A stretch of 59,404 bases of DNA, filler included, from Circinaria calcarea (GCA_051942165.1; 11 parts of 11 records of this genome joined end to end with filler, not necessarily neighbours in it), one strand, 5' to 3'. Shown: positions 11,847 to 25,003, counted from the whole stretch's first letter. A program made the numbers and translations. Notes: generated by a model not told the origin, from the sequence alone.

Positions 11847-12660
11847 TCAGGCATAGAAGTAGGGCCCGAACTTTCCGTTCTCAAGGTCCTCAAGTATCTG
11901 CCGATCTGAACCATGCGGGTCGAAGAAGACCGAAACAACCATACCCCGACGTTCTTGCCCTATAGCATTGATTTAACCGTCAGCTTCGGATGTTGGTTCG
12001 AAGAATAAGCAAACTCACGACCGTTGAGCAGGCCATGAGGTACCCATTGTCCTTGACGCAGACAGTGCCGGAGAACAAAATTCAGTTGATGCTCCCGACA
12101 AGAAAAGGCAATGACGGCAAGCAGCAATGTTAATTGTCCAGTAAGACCAGTAGATGAAAGCGTTTGTCCGGGCTGAGGCTCGCATTGATATTGCTCAGGA
12201 AAAAGCTCTCCGATCCATGGTGCAGAACCAGGGCCAGCTAGGTGATGCTGCTCACCGTGGATTTCAAAATAGGAGTAGACGACTCCAGAGGGTGCAGGCT
12301 CGGTGTCATGTCTGAAACCCAGCAAGTGCCAACCATCCCCATCGCTCACGTTCCGAGACCCAGCATCAAAGGGTACAGCTAGGAAATGATGAGTCTGTGG
12401 AAATTGTGTAAAGACCGTTGCACATCGATATAGCGACGTATCTGAGTTAACTGCCATAAAAGAAGCTCGATCATTCAGCACGTCGACTGGCATTACCGTT
12501 CCATCAGTCCAACGGTAGAGAGGCCCTCGCTGCCAGTCAAAGTCGCTACTTCTCTCAGGTGGTTCCCAGTGTCTTCCCCCTCGATCGCCGGTCCGATTCT
12601 CTAGGGGGCTTATATTATCAATGCGGAAAAGAAATCTGATAGACGGCTCTGACGATTGCT
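11847..12660 (-). CDS. Hypothetical fungal protein (start uncertain)
   Basis: Open frame EPSIRFLFRIDN...GPLYRWTDG...WVPHGLLNG, a GTGAGT..TAG intron (about 12020-11960), then last exon QERRGMVVSVFFDPHGSDRQILEDLENGKFGPYFYA*. Confidence 0.65.
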
Positions 12661-15600
12661 AGGAGATGTCAATAAAAATAGATTCCTTCAAGACTATAGA
12701 TACGTTACAGGTCTGACATTGCTTGATCCACCTGCCCGAGGACCCAAGCTTCCCCTTGTGGTTTGAGCGGACATCATTGGGTACACCTTCGCTTGGATTT
12801 ACAATGAAATTTGGCAACGCTAGTCGAGGGCAATGTCCCGGCTATTGTGTGTTGAACTGGAAGTACATTTCCACACGTTGAGTACCGTCCTTTATGCATG
12901 ACAACGCGCAGCAGAGCCGCACAACGAGACATCAAAGAGCCGATGCTGATTGGCCTCACCCATAGGGTGAATAGCCAGGGGTCCGAATCTCAACAGGCAT
13001 GATGTTATTGAGCATCTCCTAAGCGCTCTAGGTTGCAGCCCAAAGCTGGCCTGGGTGGTGTTAGATAGGATGAAAACGGGAGATCTCCCGCTATCTATTC
13101 GCCTTTGGGCTCTCTTGCATCGTGCGATGTTACAGAAGCCCGCAGAAGTACCAACGGGATAGGTCAGGGACCTAGGGGTGTGGTTCCCCTGAGACATACT
13201 CGAGTTGGCAGACTCTCCTTCCTGTTTCCAATTGGCGCTTCTGTAGCGAAGAAAGCCAGAGGTAATGCTTGCAGCCTCCGTGACCCCGCTCCACTATCCT
13301 GCTGGGTGAATGCGTTAACGGCATGATAGGCTGCCTCCGAAAGCTAGCCCTATTTTTTTGCGGGATGCATATGGTTAGTCACACGGGATCCCGGTCTGGA
13401 AGCTGATGAGTTTTCCCTCCCAGATGGAGGCCCGCTTGTATGGTAGACCATCTCGTATGAAGTCTGCGGTGATATGTTGTTGGTGTTGACGTTGACATTG
13501 ACAGTAACAACTGTAAGGCCGCGAGAGCACTCAGAATTGCAGTAAGGTCATTGTAAGTGCAGCAGAAGGGTTCCTATGCTGCAGGCCTGTGCCGTGGATT
13601 CGAGAAGAAAGCCGTAAACAGGATCGCTCATTGGATAGCATCCTCGGGAACTTTATCCGTGCGAGTAATCAGGCGAGGAAGCGAATAACAATCCCTTTCC
13701 TTTTCAGAGAGGAAGGTACTTTTATGAAATGGGCTCCAAATTATTGACGAAGCAGTAAATGGAAAATGAAAAGTGGTCTAGAAAAAGGGCGACGGGCATC
13801 AATAAGTATATGGTGGCCATGCAACCATTATAATTCCAGGAAATGGTTCCACGCAAAGCCGGGCGTAAAGTGCTAGGTCGAATGAAAAAGGCGTCCGGTC
13901 AGGCAAATCGCAAACCTGCATGCTAAAATCAATGTAATACCCCTAATTACCAGATCTTGTTATTGTCCGGTAACCTCGCCAATGAGTAGCATTAGTTCAT
14001 CTCACACCGCAGTTGATTTGTGGGTCTTCTGAGCTGACTGGCCAGCGAGTTTGATGATCACAAAGTCATACTTGACCTACCAAGAAGCAACGTTGTTACG
14101 CCGAATAATACATCAGCATAAATCGATAAACTCCTACCAACGAGTATCAATACTACTCTTCAAGTCTGAATAGCCAATACTCGAAAGACGCTGCCACAAT
14201 TAGGGTACCATTACCTTCATACCAGGTGCCTTGAAAGGCGAGTCTGTCCGTAACGCCACACTCTACCCTCTCTTATCAATCGAACACTTTTCAAAAGGCG
14301 GTCAAGATCACATGCACGTTCCGCGAAAGCTTCCGCCAGACAATAGGAGCAGGACCAGGTAGAAATGTCACGGAACACAAAAAACGCGCGGGGCCTGCCA
14401 GGTACCCAGATAGCAAAGGCAAGGCAAGCTCGAAGCCATGTCCGACAGCAACGCATGGCGGCCCCCTATAGCCATCCGGAAACACTTTATACGGCAGAGG
14501 ACACGATAGACTGAAAAGCACGTCCAGATTGAAGATGACAGAATCAAGGGAAACAAGGACAGAGCACACCGAAAACAAACCTGGGAAGGTTCATCACACA
14601 ACCACCAATATATTCTTGTGTACCATACAAGATAGGCTATCATATCTCATAGGCGCTGATGAGTCATCTTAGCTTCTCACCTTGCTACCGTGATAGACCC
14701 CCAAGTACAGCAGTGGTCAATTAGCGGATATGGATGCTGGCAAATCCCTTGTCCAATAACCTAAAGAACTTGGGGCCTTGATGTCGCCAGGATCAACGCT
14801 AGTCGGCAGTTTCTGCAAGGGAGAACAACATGAAGTCGAAGTAGAATGGGAGGTGGACAACATAAACAATAATCCAGTATATCCTCGGTCCATACTTTGG
14901 AGGGAATGATTGAAGAGCCCCGCAGGTAAAAGCTAGCTACGGGTATCGATCCTTTCTGCTTTTACGCATTTACTTGGATGCCTCAGAACAGTAGAGATCT
15001 TTGATCTTGGTTGCTGAGAGAAACAAATTTGGATATAAGGTACAGCTTTCGATTCTTTCTCAGAATGTCCGTTGCTGTTGCTTCTTATTATCAATGCGAG
15101 GAGCTTTGCGAGTGCGTACGAAGTTGAAGACGGAGATGAAGGCGATTGAAGATCAAACGAGTGAATAGCTGCTGACTGCGTTACTAGTGGTATGCCTGAC
15201 CAGTCCAATGCCTAGCATTGAGATGACTGCTGAAGATGATAATCAAGTTCAGGGCAACGAGACCCACGTCAGGACGCCGCCAATATGCTATCACCCGCCT
15301 TAAGATGACGACATGACGGCTGTGACGGTTTTCGACAGCCTCTGTGCGAGGGGAAGGTGTACTTGATGGGAAGAAGTGATTGATGGTGAATCACCGCCGG
15401 CATGCCTTGGACGTTGGTGCTCTATGGCGCTGGCCATGGGGACTTCCGGTAGACCTATGCAAGCATCCAAAGTATTGGCACAATACATAATTAAATCGAT
15501 AGGAACATCTGAAGTTAGATAATCAATTATATCGCGTTCCACGTATGTTCTGTAGAGCTGCAAAAAATTTATAGGGAGCTAGCTATCTACCATATCTTAT

Positions 15601-15731
15601 CACAGGTCCAAGCGAAAGATCATCAACACTTTCTTGGTTATTCCCAACAATGCTAACCTACCTCTGCTCAGCACTATCATTTACAACAGGAATACTCTTT
15701 GAAGTTCTTAATTTTATTACAACTGAAGAGT

Positions 15732-16147
15732 ATGGCTACAAGCAAGTCCGTCCATGTCATCATACTCGATGCTAGTCCTCTCTTGAACAATGAACCCTCT
15801 ATATCCACCTTAATTGCGAAATCAGAAAAAATCTTCACTGTGCCTTCTATTATCAGTGAAATAAGGGATAGAGATGCGCGAGCCCGTCTCGAGACTACTC
15901 TACTACCTTTTCTTGAGATCAGAGCTCCGAGAGCCACAAATTCTAAAATTGTCACCGATTTTGCTCGGAAAACCGGAGATCTTGCTGTTCTTAGCAAACC
16001 CGATATAGAAGTTCTCGCACTGGCATACGAGCTGGAATGCGAGAGAAATCATGGTGATTGGAGGCTACGAAGGGTACCTGGCCAGAAAGGGCTGAACGGT
16101 ACGCCGCCTCCAAAGCAGGAAGATATCTCTGTGCCTCTGGACCCAAC
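15732..16147 (+). CDS. NOB1: 20S pre-rRNA D-site endonuclease (PIN domain), 5' part
   Basis: IILDASPLL..TVPSIISEIRD..FARKTGDLAVLSKPDIEVLALAYELECERNHGDWRLRRVPGQK. Confidence 0.95.
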
Positions 16148-16974
16148 NNNNNNNNNNNNNNNNNNNNNNNNNNNNNNNNNNNNNNNNNNNNTTAATTAAT
16201 TAANNNNNNNNNNNNNNNNNNNNNNNNNNNNNNNNNNNNNNNNNNNNGAGCGGTTGAACTATCCACCGAACGCACATATGGCAGAGCCTTCTGCCATGTA
16301 ATTCCATAGTGAAGTCCATACACATAGAGTGGTAGTTACCATAGCCAATACAGCCTATTCCACCCTGTATCACATCCATTGATTAACATAAGATTATGCT
16401 GTTTTATAAATAACAGGAATAACGTGCGTAAAGGCCCTTCGCGGTGATAAAGCCAATCTACTCTTTCTTTAGACCTATCGCCTCTCGTTTTCTGGTTATT
16501 CTTAAAATATACTTCCAAACTGGCCCGTTTATCACGTAATATTTATCCTTTCTTTTTTGCATTCAGTTCTTTCAAGACCTCTTGACTTCGAAAAAATTAT
16601 ATATACTTATTTCTGTCTTCCTCGTTTTTTTTCCTAAGAAAAACTTATAGGCATTCTGCCTCTTCCGGTGTTTCTTTCCTCCAAAACCAGCATGATTCTA
16701 TATAGATTCTTAGTATAATACCTAATACCTTAGGGCTTTTCTTCCATATCTTTGAGATTAAATATAATACAGGCCCATATTATGTCATTAGAATAGCCAT
16801 CAGTTTTTTCTTCCACGCAGTCTCGATTATATATTTCTTCCTTTCTACTCCACGTACGTAGCATGCCTCTGCGTTCACCTTTTCTTATTAACACTTCATC
16901 GCTGAATAATACCCGTTTGAAGAAGCCTTCACCCGTTTTTGGAAGGTATTTTCTAGCAAAAGCGAGTCGTAAAG

Positions 16975-17194
16975 TGTAAGGATCCTCTACGAATAATATG
17001 ATGATCTTACGATAAGGGTCGGTAAACTGTGTGATAATGAGCTCAATGGGTTCGCATAAGCGTATGAATTATTGCTAAGGAATTCTGGTGTCACGCTTCG
17101 CGAAGAAAACCTTTCTCGTTAAGCTAACACCTCGTGACCTCGGTATATCGTTCCCCCGTAGGGTTCGTAGGGGTTCTTGGGTAGAGCCCTTACA
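16975..17194. mobile_element. Solo LTR (220 bp) inserted in the Tc1 transposase
   Basis: Termini TGTAAGG...CCTTACA with 5-bp TSD TAAAG at 16970-16974 and 17195-17199. Excision restores NKALRLAFARKY. Confidence 0.9.
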
Positions 17195-17580
17195 TAAAGC
17201 TTTGTTTTCTTCGGTGAATATAAATTTTTAATTATATTTCCTGCGTGAATAGCCACAGTCATATATAATTTAAAAGAATATCAATTCTGATATTAGTAAT
17301 TCTATTTTAGTGATATATTCCAGCGCCGTTTTATCGCGTGTTTTTTTAATAAATATAATATACGCGCATAAATCGTCGGCTTATTCTGGCGTTAAAACGT
17401 GAAGATAACCGGAACGAGGTTTATCTTCGAAATTCGAGGGATTTAAAGGTGGAAGACGATATACCTCAGCATGATCTTTAGCCTTCTTGATTATATCATA
17501 AGCCGTAGAACATGGAATGTTTACTTATTTTGTTGTATTAGGAACAAAATTACTATTGATTTTAGCCAAAACGAACACGG

Positions 17581-17901
17581 TGTTATGGCGCCAGCACCAT
17601 AGCATGTACTAGGGCCTGGTTGGGACTAGACCCGGAACAAGGCGGCTGCCGGTCCGGTTGCTCAGTATGCTCAGCATGCTCAGGAGGTGAGCAAGGTGAG
17701 CAAGGAGAGTACGGCACTATATAGGCAGGCTATTCCCGCTCATTAGAATAGCATGTTTATAGAACCATAACGAGTTCAATATATCTCCTTTATATTGGGC
17801 CTAGGGCAACAGTTCAACTACACCCTATGTAACCGTGCTATTACCAATCGGGACCTATCATATTCCTCAATAGGCCCCAAGGATTGCAGCGCCCTTACAC
17901 A
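17581..17901 (+). mobile_element. Second, unrelated solo LTR (about 320 bp) inserted in the Tc1 transposase
   Basis: TGTTATGGCGC...GCGCCCTTACA(CA) with TSD CACGG at 17576-17580 and 17902-17906; internal TATATA. Excision restores RVAVFVLAK. Confidence 0.85.
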
Positions 17902-18733
17902 CACGGCAACCCGTTAAGAAACTGTGGTTTCTTTTCGACTAATTTTATTAATTCTATTCTATCAGCCCTTTGATTTTCGAGGCTGTTTTCGAGGCATAAT
18001 TGACGTGTATAATAATAAATATTGATTTTCCTAATAAAATTCACCCCTATAGAAAACCCCGCTAATTTAGCGAGGGCGTCCGGAGACTAAAAACGCGCCC
18101 TCTTGTACTTCGTAGCAAAACAATCTGCACTCTCACTTCGGGAATATGCGGCCAACGTACATATCTTGGCGCATACTCCGTACTCTCCCTCCTATTTCTT
18201 AGGTCCTCGATCGCTCCGAGTGCAACGCCATCACTCATCTCATTCCGCATACATTAGTGTCCCTTGTCGGTTCGCTGTTCCACTTTGCTTGGAGTGGAGG
18301 CGATACGATACGCCGAGAGTACACCAGTAACATGGTGCTGCTACGGTATACTAACCTCTCTGTGTTCGTATGCCACCGTACCACTGACGGTTGCCTGTTT
18401 CTTACCTCCTGGCCCGAGTCATTTTTCGCTAGTACCTACAACTCCTGTCAGTCTAATCTTTTGTATGTATGAGTATATACTACAGACATTCATACACTTC
18501 ATACATTTCATCTGCTTTTGGTTACCATATATTTATTGCTAGGGTTTACGGATTAGAATGAAAAACTAGGTCCTACTGCTTCTGCAGTGTCTGTGCTAAC
18601 CTCGACATTTCTTTTCAAGGGAGGCACCATAGAACGCTGTCTTTATACTGATTTGACCGCTTCAAAGGAGTTGCTATCGTGACCTCAGGAGTGTTTACCT
18701 CGATGACCTAGGAGCCTTTTACGAGACGAGATA

Positions 18734-21001
18734 ATGGCAGAAAGCAAGCCTTTAGCCATTACAATTAATACAGATGGTTCGACGCATATAAAGGATGACA
18801 CCATACGGGCTTTCAACGAGATACACTCGTCTTCACAGCGCATGCGCCAACAAATGGTTGATATCGCGCAGCACGCCTTTAAGCGAGCACAGGCGCAAGA
18901 TTGGGCCACTCAGATGCGTTTCCTTGTTATAAGGGAGCCTAGCGATAGAATAGAACGTCCAACAACATTGAAGGGTAGAGAAACAAGTGAGCAGTCAGAT
19001 ACATCTCAAGGTCCGCTAACGTCAGTTATGCGGAACTTGACACTGGAGCTGGCAAGTGCTTCGGCGCTTGTGGCGGGCTCGGCTTATGTTGCTGTTTCTT
19101 ACTGCTGGAATCGAGAAGAAGTTGATTGGTTTACCGATCAAAAGACTCTACGCATCGATGTGGTAAGGCCAGGAGATGATTCGAGTCCTAGTATGGTTCC
19201 ACTAGATGTACTGCACCGCTCCGTGACTCACGCTATCCAACAAGGTGTTAACGCCGTTTGGATTGACCAAGAGTGCATCAATCAGAAGGACGACGACCAA
19301 AAGGAAGCGGCGATTCAGGTCATGGATATTGTCTATCAAAAAGCCGCCCACGCTATTGCCGTCCTAGAGACATACCTCGAGACTGAAGCTGAGATTACCG
19401 CGCTCGCATCAGTCTTTGATGAAGACGACTACCCCTTCAACCCTACTCAGATGGAAGTCTTAGCAGACGTATTAACAGATCTGTGTAATGATGCATGGTT
19501 TTCTCGGGCATGGACTTTGCAAGAGGCAACATCAGCTGGTGTTACTATGGTTCTCCTGATTGGTTGCAACCCTAATGTGAGCAAGCCAGCTTTCTTTGGG
19601 ACTACGCCTGGAGAAATTGCTATTAGTATATGGGATTTCCAGCAAGCTATGGTTATCGTACGGAACATAATTGAAGATTGCCTCGCTACCGGTCTTTGCG
19701 CCAATGAAAGTACCGCCATCCAAGCTTCGAATTGCGCCGAAGTACTTTACAACTATGTTCCTACAATCTACCCTGAATCTCGAATCAAAGATACGTCTCA
19801 TCGCCAGACGTGCAGCGCCGCAGAAGCCTTTACTTTCCTTGATGACCGCGAGAATTCTCATTTTCCCGATAGATTGGCAATTCTTGGAAACCTGTGTAAT
19901 TACGAGAAGAGACTAAAATCCTGTGTTTTGGATGTACCTAGCCATGCATTCACAACTTGCGCACTAGTACTCGCCACAATCAACGGGGATATGTCACTCC
20001 TTGTTGGTTATGGAGGGAATGTCATAAGCGCACGAGATAAAAATAGCCCTGGTGCCTGGGTTTTTGATCTGGCAAGAGATGGACGATCTCATCTTGACGT
20101 CTTTGTGAATGACGATTCTGACTCATGCTCCATCAATTACGGCTTCTCGTGGGGTCCTAAACCTACGGGGCGTTTGCACGATATCCAGTATTTTGACGAT
20201 AACGGCCACGGATACCGTTTGACCCCTGCAACCATATCAGAAAATGGTTGGAAGATCCGTGGTGTGGTATGGCATATGGTCTACTCCATTGCCGTCCCAC
20301 AAACGCAAAATTCTATCACTGCGAGATGGATGCAGGAACTGGAGACTCAACGAGTTAAGATGTGGGATATACATCAAGCCACCAAGAGGAGCGAACTCCT
20401 CGCCCAAGACTTTATTTGGACGCTGCTACATGACTTAGTAAAATTAGGCTATTATCACTTGCCAAAGACTTTGTGGAACTTCTTCCAGCCTTGGGGAAAG
20501 ACAGATTATGGACTAGATTCATATGAGGCGCCGATTCCATATCCATTTGAACAGGTATTTGGCAGATCAGCAGAAGGGAAAGAACAGGGTAAATTATTCG
20601 AAATAGGCGAAGATGAGTATATAAAGAGTCACCTGAGAGTTGGAACACTGCTCGTGGACGTGGAAAGTGAAGTTTATAGAACACCAAGTTCAACGAGGGT
20701 TCTTATTGAACAAATCAGCCAAACGGGATCAATAATTTGTGGGGCCCAACTAAAGAGCTCCGGGTGCAGTGAGCCACGTGTATTCTTTGATGGTTGTAAG
20801 CAAGGTGACTTGGTCTTCACGCCCTTTACAGCTCCCGGGGATGGGGCGGCTCGATCACTTTACGGGGCGCAGGCCATGTCTTGGAAGGTCAGCCGCACCG
20901 GAAAAATTGCAGAGGAGTGCGAGATCCTCCACTGCTTTGGTCGGAGAAGTGGCTTCTGGCGGATGGATGATTTGGTGCACACCAACTATATACTGGAATA
21001 G
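18734..21001 (+). CDS. HET-domain (heterokaryon incompatibility) protein, 755 aa, intronless
   Basis: HET motifs YVAVSYCW, VWIDQECINQ, AIQVMDIVYQKA and WFSRAWTLQE, followed by DRLAILGNLCNY. Confidence 0.9.
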   Translation: MAESKPLAITINTDGSTHIKDDTIRAFNEIHSSSQRMRQQMVDIAQHAFKRAQAQDWATQMRFLVIREPSDRIERPTTLKGRETSEQSDTSQGPLTSVMRNLTLELASASALVAGSAYVAVSYCWNREEVDWFTDQKTLRIDVVRPGDDSSPSMVPLDVLHRSVTHAIQQGVNAVWIDQECINQKDDDQKEAAIQVMDIVYQKAAHAIAVLETYLETEAEITALASVFDEDDYPFNPTQMEVLADVLTDLCNDAWFSRAWTLQEATSAGVTMVLLIGCNPNVSKPAFFGTTPGEIAISIWDFQQAMVIVRNIIEDCLATGLCANESTAIQASNCAEVLYNYVPTIYPESRIKDTSHRQTCSAAEAFTFLDDRENSHFPDRLAILGNLCNYEKRLKSCVLDVPSHAFTTCALVLATINGDMSLLVGYGGNVISARDKNSPGAWVFDLARDGRSHLDVFVNDDSDSCSINYGFSWGPKPTGRLHDIQYFDDNGHGYRLTPATISENGWKIRGVVWHMVYSIAVPQTQNSITARWMQELETQRVKMWDIHQATKRSELLAQDFIWTLLHDLVKLGYYHLPKTLWNFFQPWGKTDYGLDSYEAPIPYPFEQVFGRSAEGKEQGKLFEIGEDEYIKSHLRVGTLLVDVESEVYRTPSSTRVLIEQISQTGSIICGAQLKSSGCSEPRVFFDGCKQGDLVFTPFTAPGDGAARSLYGAQAMSWKVSRTGKIAEECEILHCFGRRSGFWRMDDLVHTNYILE

Positions 21002-21659
21002 ACGGTACTGACAACGTCGGGTGCCGGCGGAAATGGAGGCGCAGTGGAACTGACAGCGAGAAAACGTCATGCTCAACGGTGTTCCGCACCTAGTTGCTAT
21101 AAAGGTCCACTGCCAAGCGTGGAGCACTTGGGCCGAATGGCTGTAGCTACAGCTGGATGTCCCTAGGGTCGAATGGACCGTGTTCGACAAGAGAAGAGCA
21201 GAAAGTATATTTAAGGTATGTTGGTTCAAGGGGAGGCAAACTATAGACACATTATTGTTGGGGGATATTGTGTAACTAAACAAAGCTAAACTGCAAATAT
21301 CTCATATGTTTGAACTCATTTATGTGCTCTCTCCATCTATTGGCAGTTTTGCAGAGTGTAGGATCCGACGTTAACGACCCAAGGCAAGATCTAAAGGTAA
21401 GGGTTTACTACCTAAAATGCAGCCTCCTAAAAAAGCGCGTATCACGATGCTACCAGCTATATTAAACCTTGAATTACAAAATCTTTCTATACATGTAAGA
21501 AATCGCCATGGAGTTCCAAAACGCGAGAGAAAAAGACCCCCCCTCCCCCCCCAAAAAAANNNNNNNNNNNNNNNNNNNNNNNNNNNNNNNNNNNNNNNNN
21601 NNNTTAATTAATTAANNNNNNNNNNNNNNNNNNNNNNNNNNNNNNNNNNNNNNNNNNNN

Positions 21660-22932
21660 TCCATGCAGTCTCCAGGCAAGACGCCGCCGTTCATCCAGAT
21701 CCACCAAGCCTTGGGGCCCCATCTTTTCGAAACCGTGGGTTTAACGTACCATGGATGGGCCCGGTAACGACGGGCATTAAAGCGACCTGTTTCCGGATTA
21801 GGTCCGTCAGGAATGAAACGTTTATGCATAAAAAATGGACGAGGAAGGGCGAAATATCGGAGGAAGAGTCTTCGAATCCGCATAAACGTGTTGACAACTG
21901 CGTAGTACTTTGGTGGTGGTTTCGGAAGCCTGCAGTGTCTGATTAGCGTTGCCAAAGGATGAAGGCAAGGTCGTGAGCGATTTAAGAAAATAGTATGCGT
22001 GGCGGCGTGGCTTGCTCTGATGGAGAGGCAGGACGGTAGCTTACATCATTGCAGCACGTAGCCGGGGTTCTAACAGAGTAATAACGAGGTTGTCAACAAT
22101 TCCTCTCCATTTCCGCGGAACGTTCGAAAGCAAGAGGTCAAAAGTTCCAACTGCCAGTTGCCTGTTCGATTCACAAGGCACCATATTTGCCTCTTCGTAT
22201 CTCACACTCCATTCTTCCAGCTCTCTGAGCCACTGTAAGCCATGCTTCCAGCCAGTCTGACTCGACCTCAGTGATGTATAAGGAATCTCCATGGCGTCAC
22301 CAGTGTCTTTCCAGAATGTACCGACTGCGCAGAGCTCCAAGTCTGTTAAATCTCGCCACTCATACCTGCTAGTCCACCTCGGAGCCTCAAGTGCAAAGAG
22401 GCTCAGGGTGTAGAGCATGTCGTCGTCGGAGATTTTGCCGGCCTTGCGATAGCCATCGTGGAGGTAGTTCATGCGTGAGATACCGTCAATGCATCGCTGG
22501 GAGTTTGGCTTGTTCATCACGACTTCAACTAAGATAACGCTGGTGTCGGCAGCACGTTTGGAAGAGGTTGCCGAACTAGCCAGCTGCCCAGTATCAACGA
22601 GCAGCTTCGAGATTGATGGTATTCCATATGTCTGCCATGAAACTTTAGCTCTAATCTGGGGGAAATAAGACAGGTACGAGAACGAGGAGGCCGCTGACCT
22701 TGAACAAAGCGAAGAACACAGCGGTTGAGAAGACGGTTGGGAACTCGAGCTCCGCAAGACGTGTCAAGATGGTGTGAGCCTCATCAAGTGTCATCTTCGC
22801 AAAGTCCTTTCTGTTAGGGCAGTCGAAGAGTTTGGCCGTTGCATGCATTCGTTGATAGCGTAATCGCGAGCAGGCCATAAGGTAGACGAGGACTGCAGAG
22901 AGCAGCCATGGAATCCATGCTTGTAGGGCCAT
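21660..22932 (-). CDS. ER-bound oxygenase MpaB/DUF2236-like protein (3' truncated)
   Basis: LEFPTVFSTAVFFALFK|TYGIPSISKLL..KRAADT..RMNYLHDGYRKAGKISDDDMLYTLSLF..HPWYVKPT. Introns 22632-22698 and 21930-22044; N-terminal TM segment. Confidence 0.88.
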
Positions 22933-25003
22933 TATTCACCGTTTCAACCCTGTAGGCTCTTCAATCAGAGTTGTGAGGAGTAAACGCGTGCCGTCATGAC
23001 CACCGGTTAAGGAAAGAAGATATGTTCACAAGGATCCATGCGGTTCATGCTTAGAATAAGAGACGCAACAGTCTGAAGGCCAGAGACTTTCGGATTGTGC
23101 TCCTGGAGCCAGGGCAGCACTCTCGATCACTGTTTGACAGCCCAAGTCCGGGCGCCTCGTAGGTTGTGGAATATTCCGATGACCAACATCTCTAGATTAC
23201 CACAGCAGGTGGCCGTGAAGATTGTGGACTGGGTAATACATGTGAAACATTTACCGTTTCGTCCTTTCATGCTGGGCCAATGCACTCAAGCAAGTGTGTC
23301 GTGGGGGACAAGGCGGTGCCGCATTCGATCAGCATCTCTATTTTACATCGGCGAATTACTGCCATACACAGTACCCCCGTAACATGTGATTCTTTAGTCC
23401 AGTTTACCCGCATGCCCCGCCCCCATTACTGCCATAATCCCCATGCTGATACAGAGTATGTACAGACAGCTCGGGCTAGAATCCTTCATGGGTCCCTATA
23501 CAACGCCGCTTTTATTACTGGCAGGGTATAGTACACCTAATGCCCTTTAACAAGAACTATCAGCCGTATCATAACTATATTTGTTCCACTATCTTTCACG
23601 AAACCACCACTCTTTTCTCCATGCGGTGTTGTGGCAAAGACTCGGAAAAGTATTAAAACGCTGTTGGGGAATCAAGCAAAAACCCTTGTATTCATCCTTG
23701 TATAATAGGTGCGTTAGTGAAGGATTCTAGCCCGAGCTGTCTGTAATCTGTAAGTAGAAGGGGCATGGAAATAACGAACGACTTGTTTAGGGGGCTCTTC
23801 TTAGGGGGCCGCTGTTGGGGAGTTATGGCGGTAATTCTCCGATTTCTACATGCTTTCATGCCGTGTAACGTTCAACGCGGCCGGGGTTTGATCGGTTGCG
23901 CTCAAGAAAGCTGCACTGATTCTTCCCACACAGTGATAACATAATTCGTAGAATGGTCTGATATGAGACACATGTCCTACCAGACTTCCAAAGCAGCATC
24001 AATTCGGTTTGGCACAACCTGCAGGCGAGTAGGTCCTGTGACTGGCTTCTTTCCACCTCTGCTCGCATTGAATTCGCTAGACATTTCAACCTCCTGTCTG
24101 ATTCTGTACCACAGCCTCGCCCTCCAACCCATACATACCCCTTGCAGCGAATTAAAGTTTGGGTTCTTCTAAAGGAAATCTCATGCGTCCCCGCCTTCCT
24201 GCAGCTCGGGTTTAATTCTCACCAACGGAAAAAAGGGGCCTATCATGCCGATGATGTTGTGTTATTCAGTCCAGCGGGTGGCCGCGTAGCCTAGAGAGCA
24301 AGAAGAGATAGGAGCCAGTGGTGATGATGCTGACGGATCCCCCTACAACTGCGCCCTTCGGCTTAGGACCCTCACCACGGATGGACTGATTGTCCATGAG
24401 AGACACGTTACCGGCCACAAGCAATAGCCGAACATGGCCTGGCTTCCCAATCGAACGGCAGCGGCCCCCAGCGAGCATACAAGGCTATCATCAACAGGAG
24501 AGCTTTTTGCTTCGTAATGGCTATGCCGGAATATGGAACAGCAGCTTTTGCTCCAAAGCACCAGAAAGGCGGAGTCGAATTGCACCGTTTGACCTTTCTA
24601 GTCCTTCCTCAGAGGAGAAGTGATAGATTTTCTCCGAGAGCCTTGGCTGCCATACGACAATTGGTTCTAACATGTACCCGATGGGCACTGCTCAGCGGTG
24701 GTCACGTCAATGCACTTTCCTCTGTGCCTCTGTAGGTGTGAGACTCTTATTACGGACGCTCTGTCCCTTTCGGACTCTATACCCTCCTCGGTATCGTTCG
24801 GGGAAAGCTTTTTTGTTATTCAAGTTGCCACTGCTTTCAGAAAGTTGTTCGTTACCTTTAATCCATCCGTTGGCGACCTGTCAATCAACAGCACCGAGGG
24901 CGGCACCTCGCATTTGCATGTTTAGGTTTATACCGAGACATATACACGGTTAATTAGATTCTGTACCAGCTTCGAGTCTTTCAACAAGCACGGGTCGCAT
25001 GCC

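Larger units (their letters stand above)
16330..18180 (-). mobile_element. Degenerate Tc1/mariner (DDE) transposon with RIP-like mutations; transposase relic starts at 17997
   Basis: After removing two inserts the minus strand reads MPRKQPRKSKG**..RKETTVS*RVAVFVLAK..IPCSTAYDIIKKAK..DKPRSG..GYSRRK..TEENKALRLAFARKY..FKRVLFSDEVLIRKGERRG..WACI. VLFSDE is the first catalytic Asp motif. AT-rich; candidate end at 18180 followed by TA. Confidence 0.85.

Noticed and set aside
13403..14680. CTGATGA motifs as hammerhead ribozyme cores
   Set aside because: No stem II followed by GAAA at either site.
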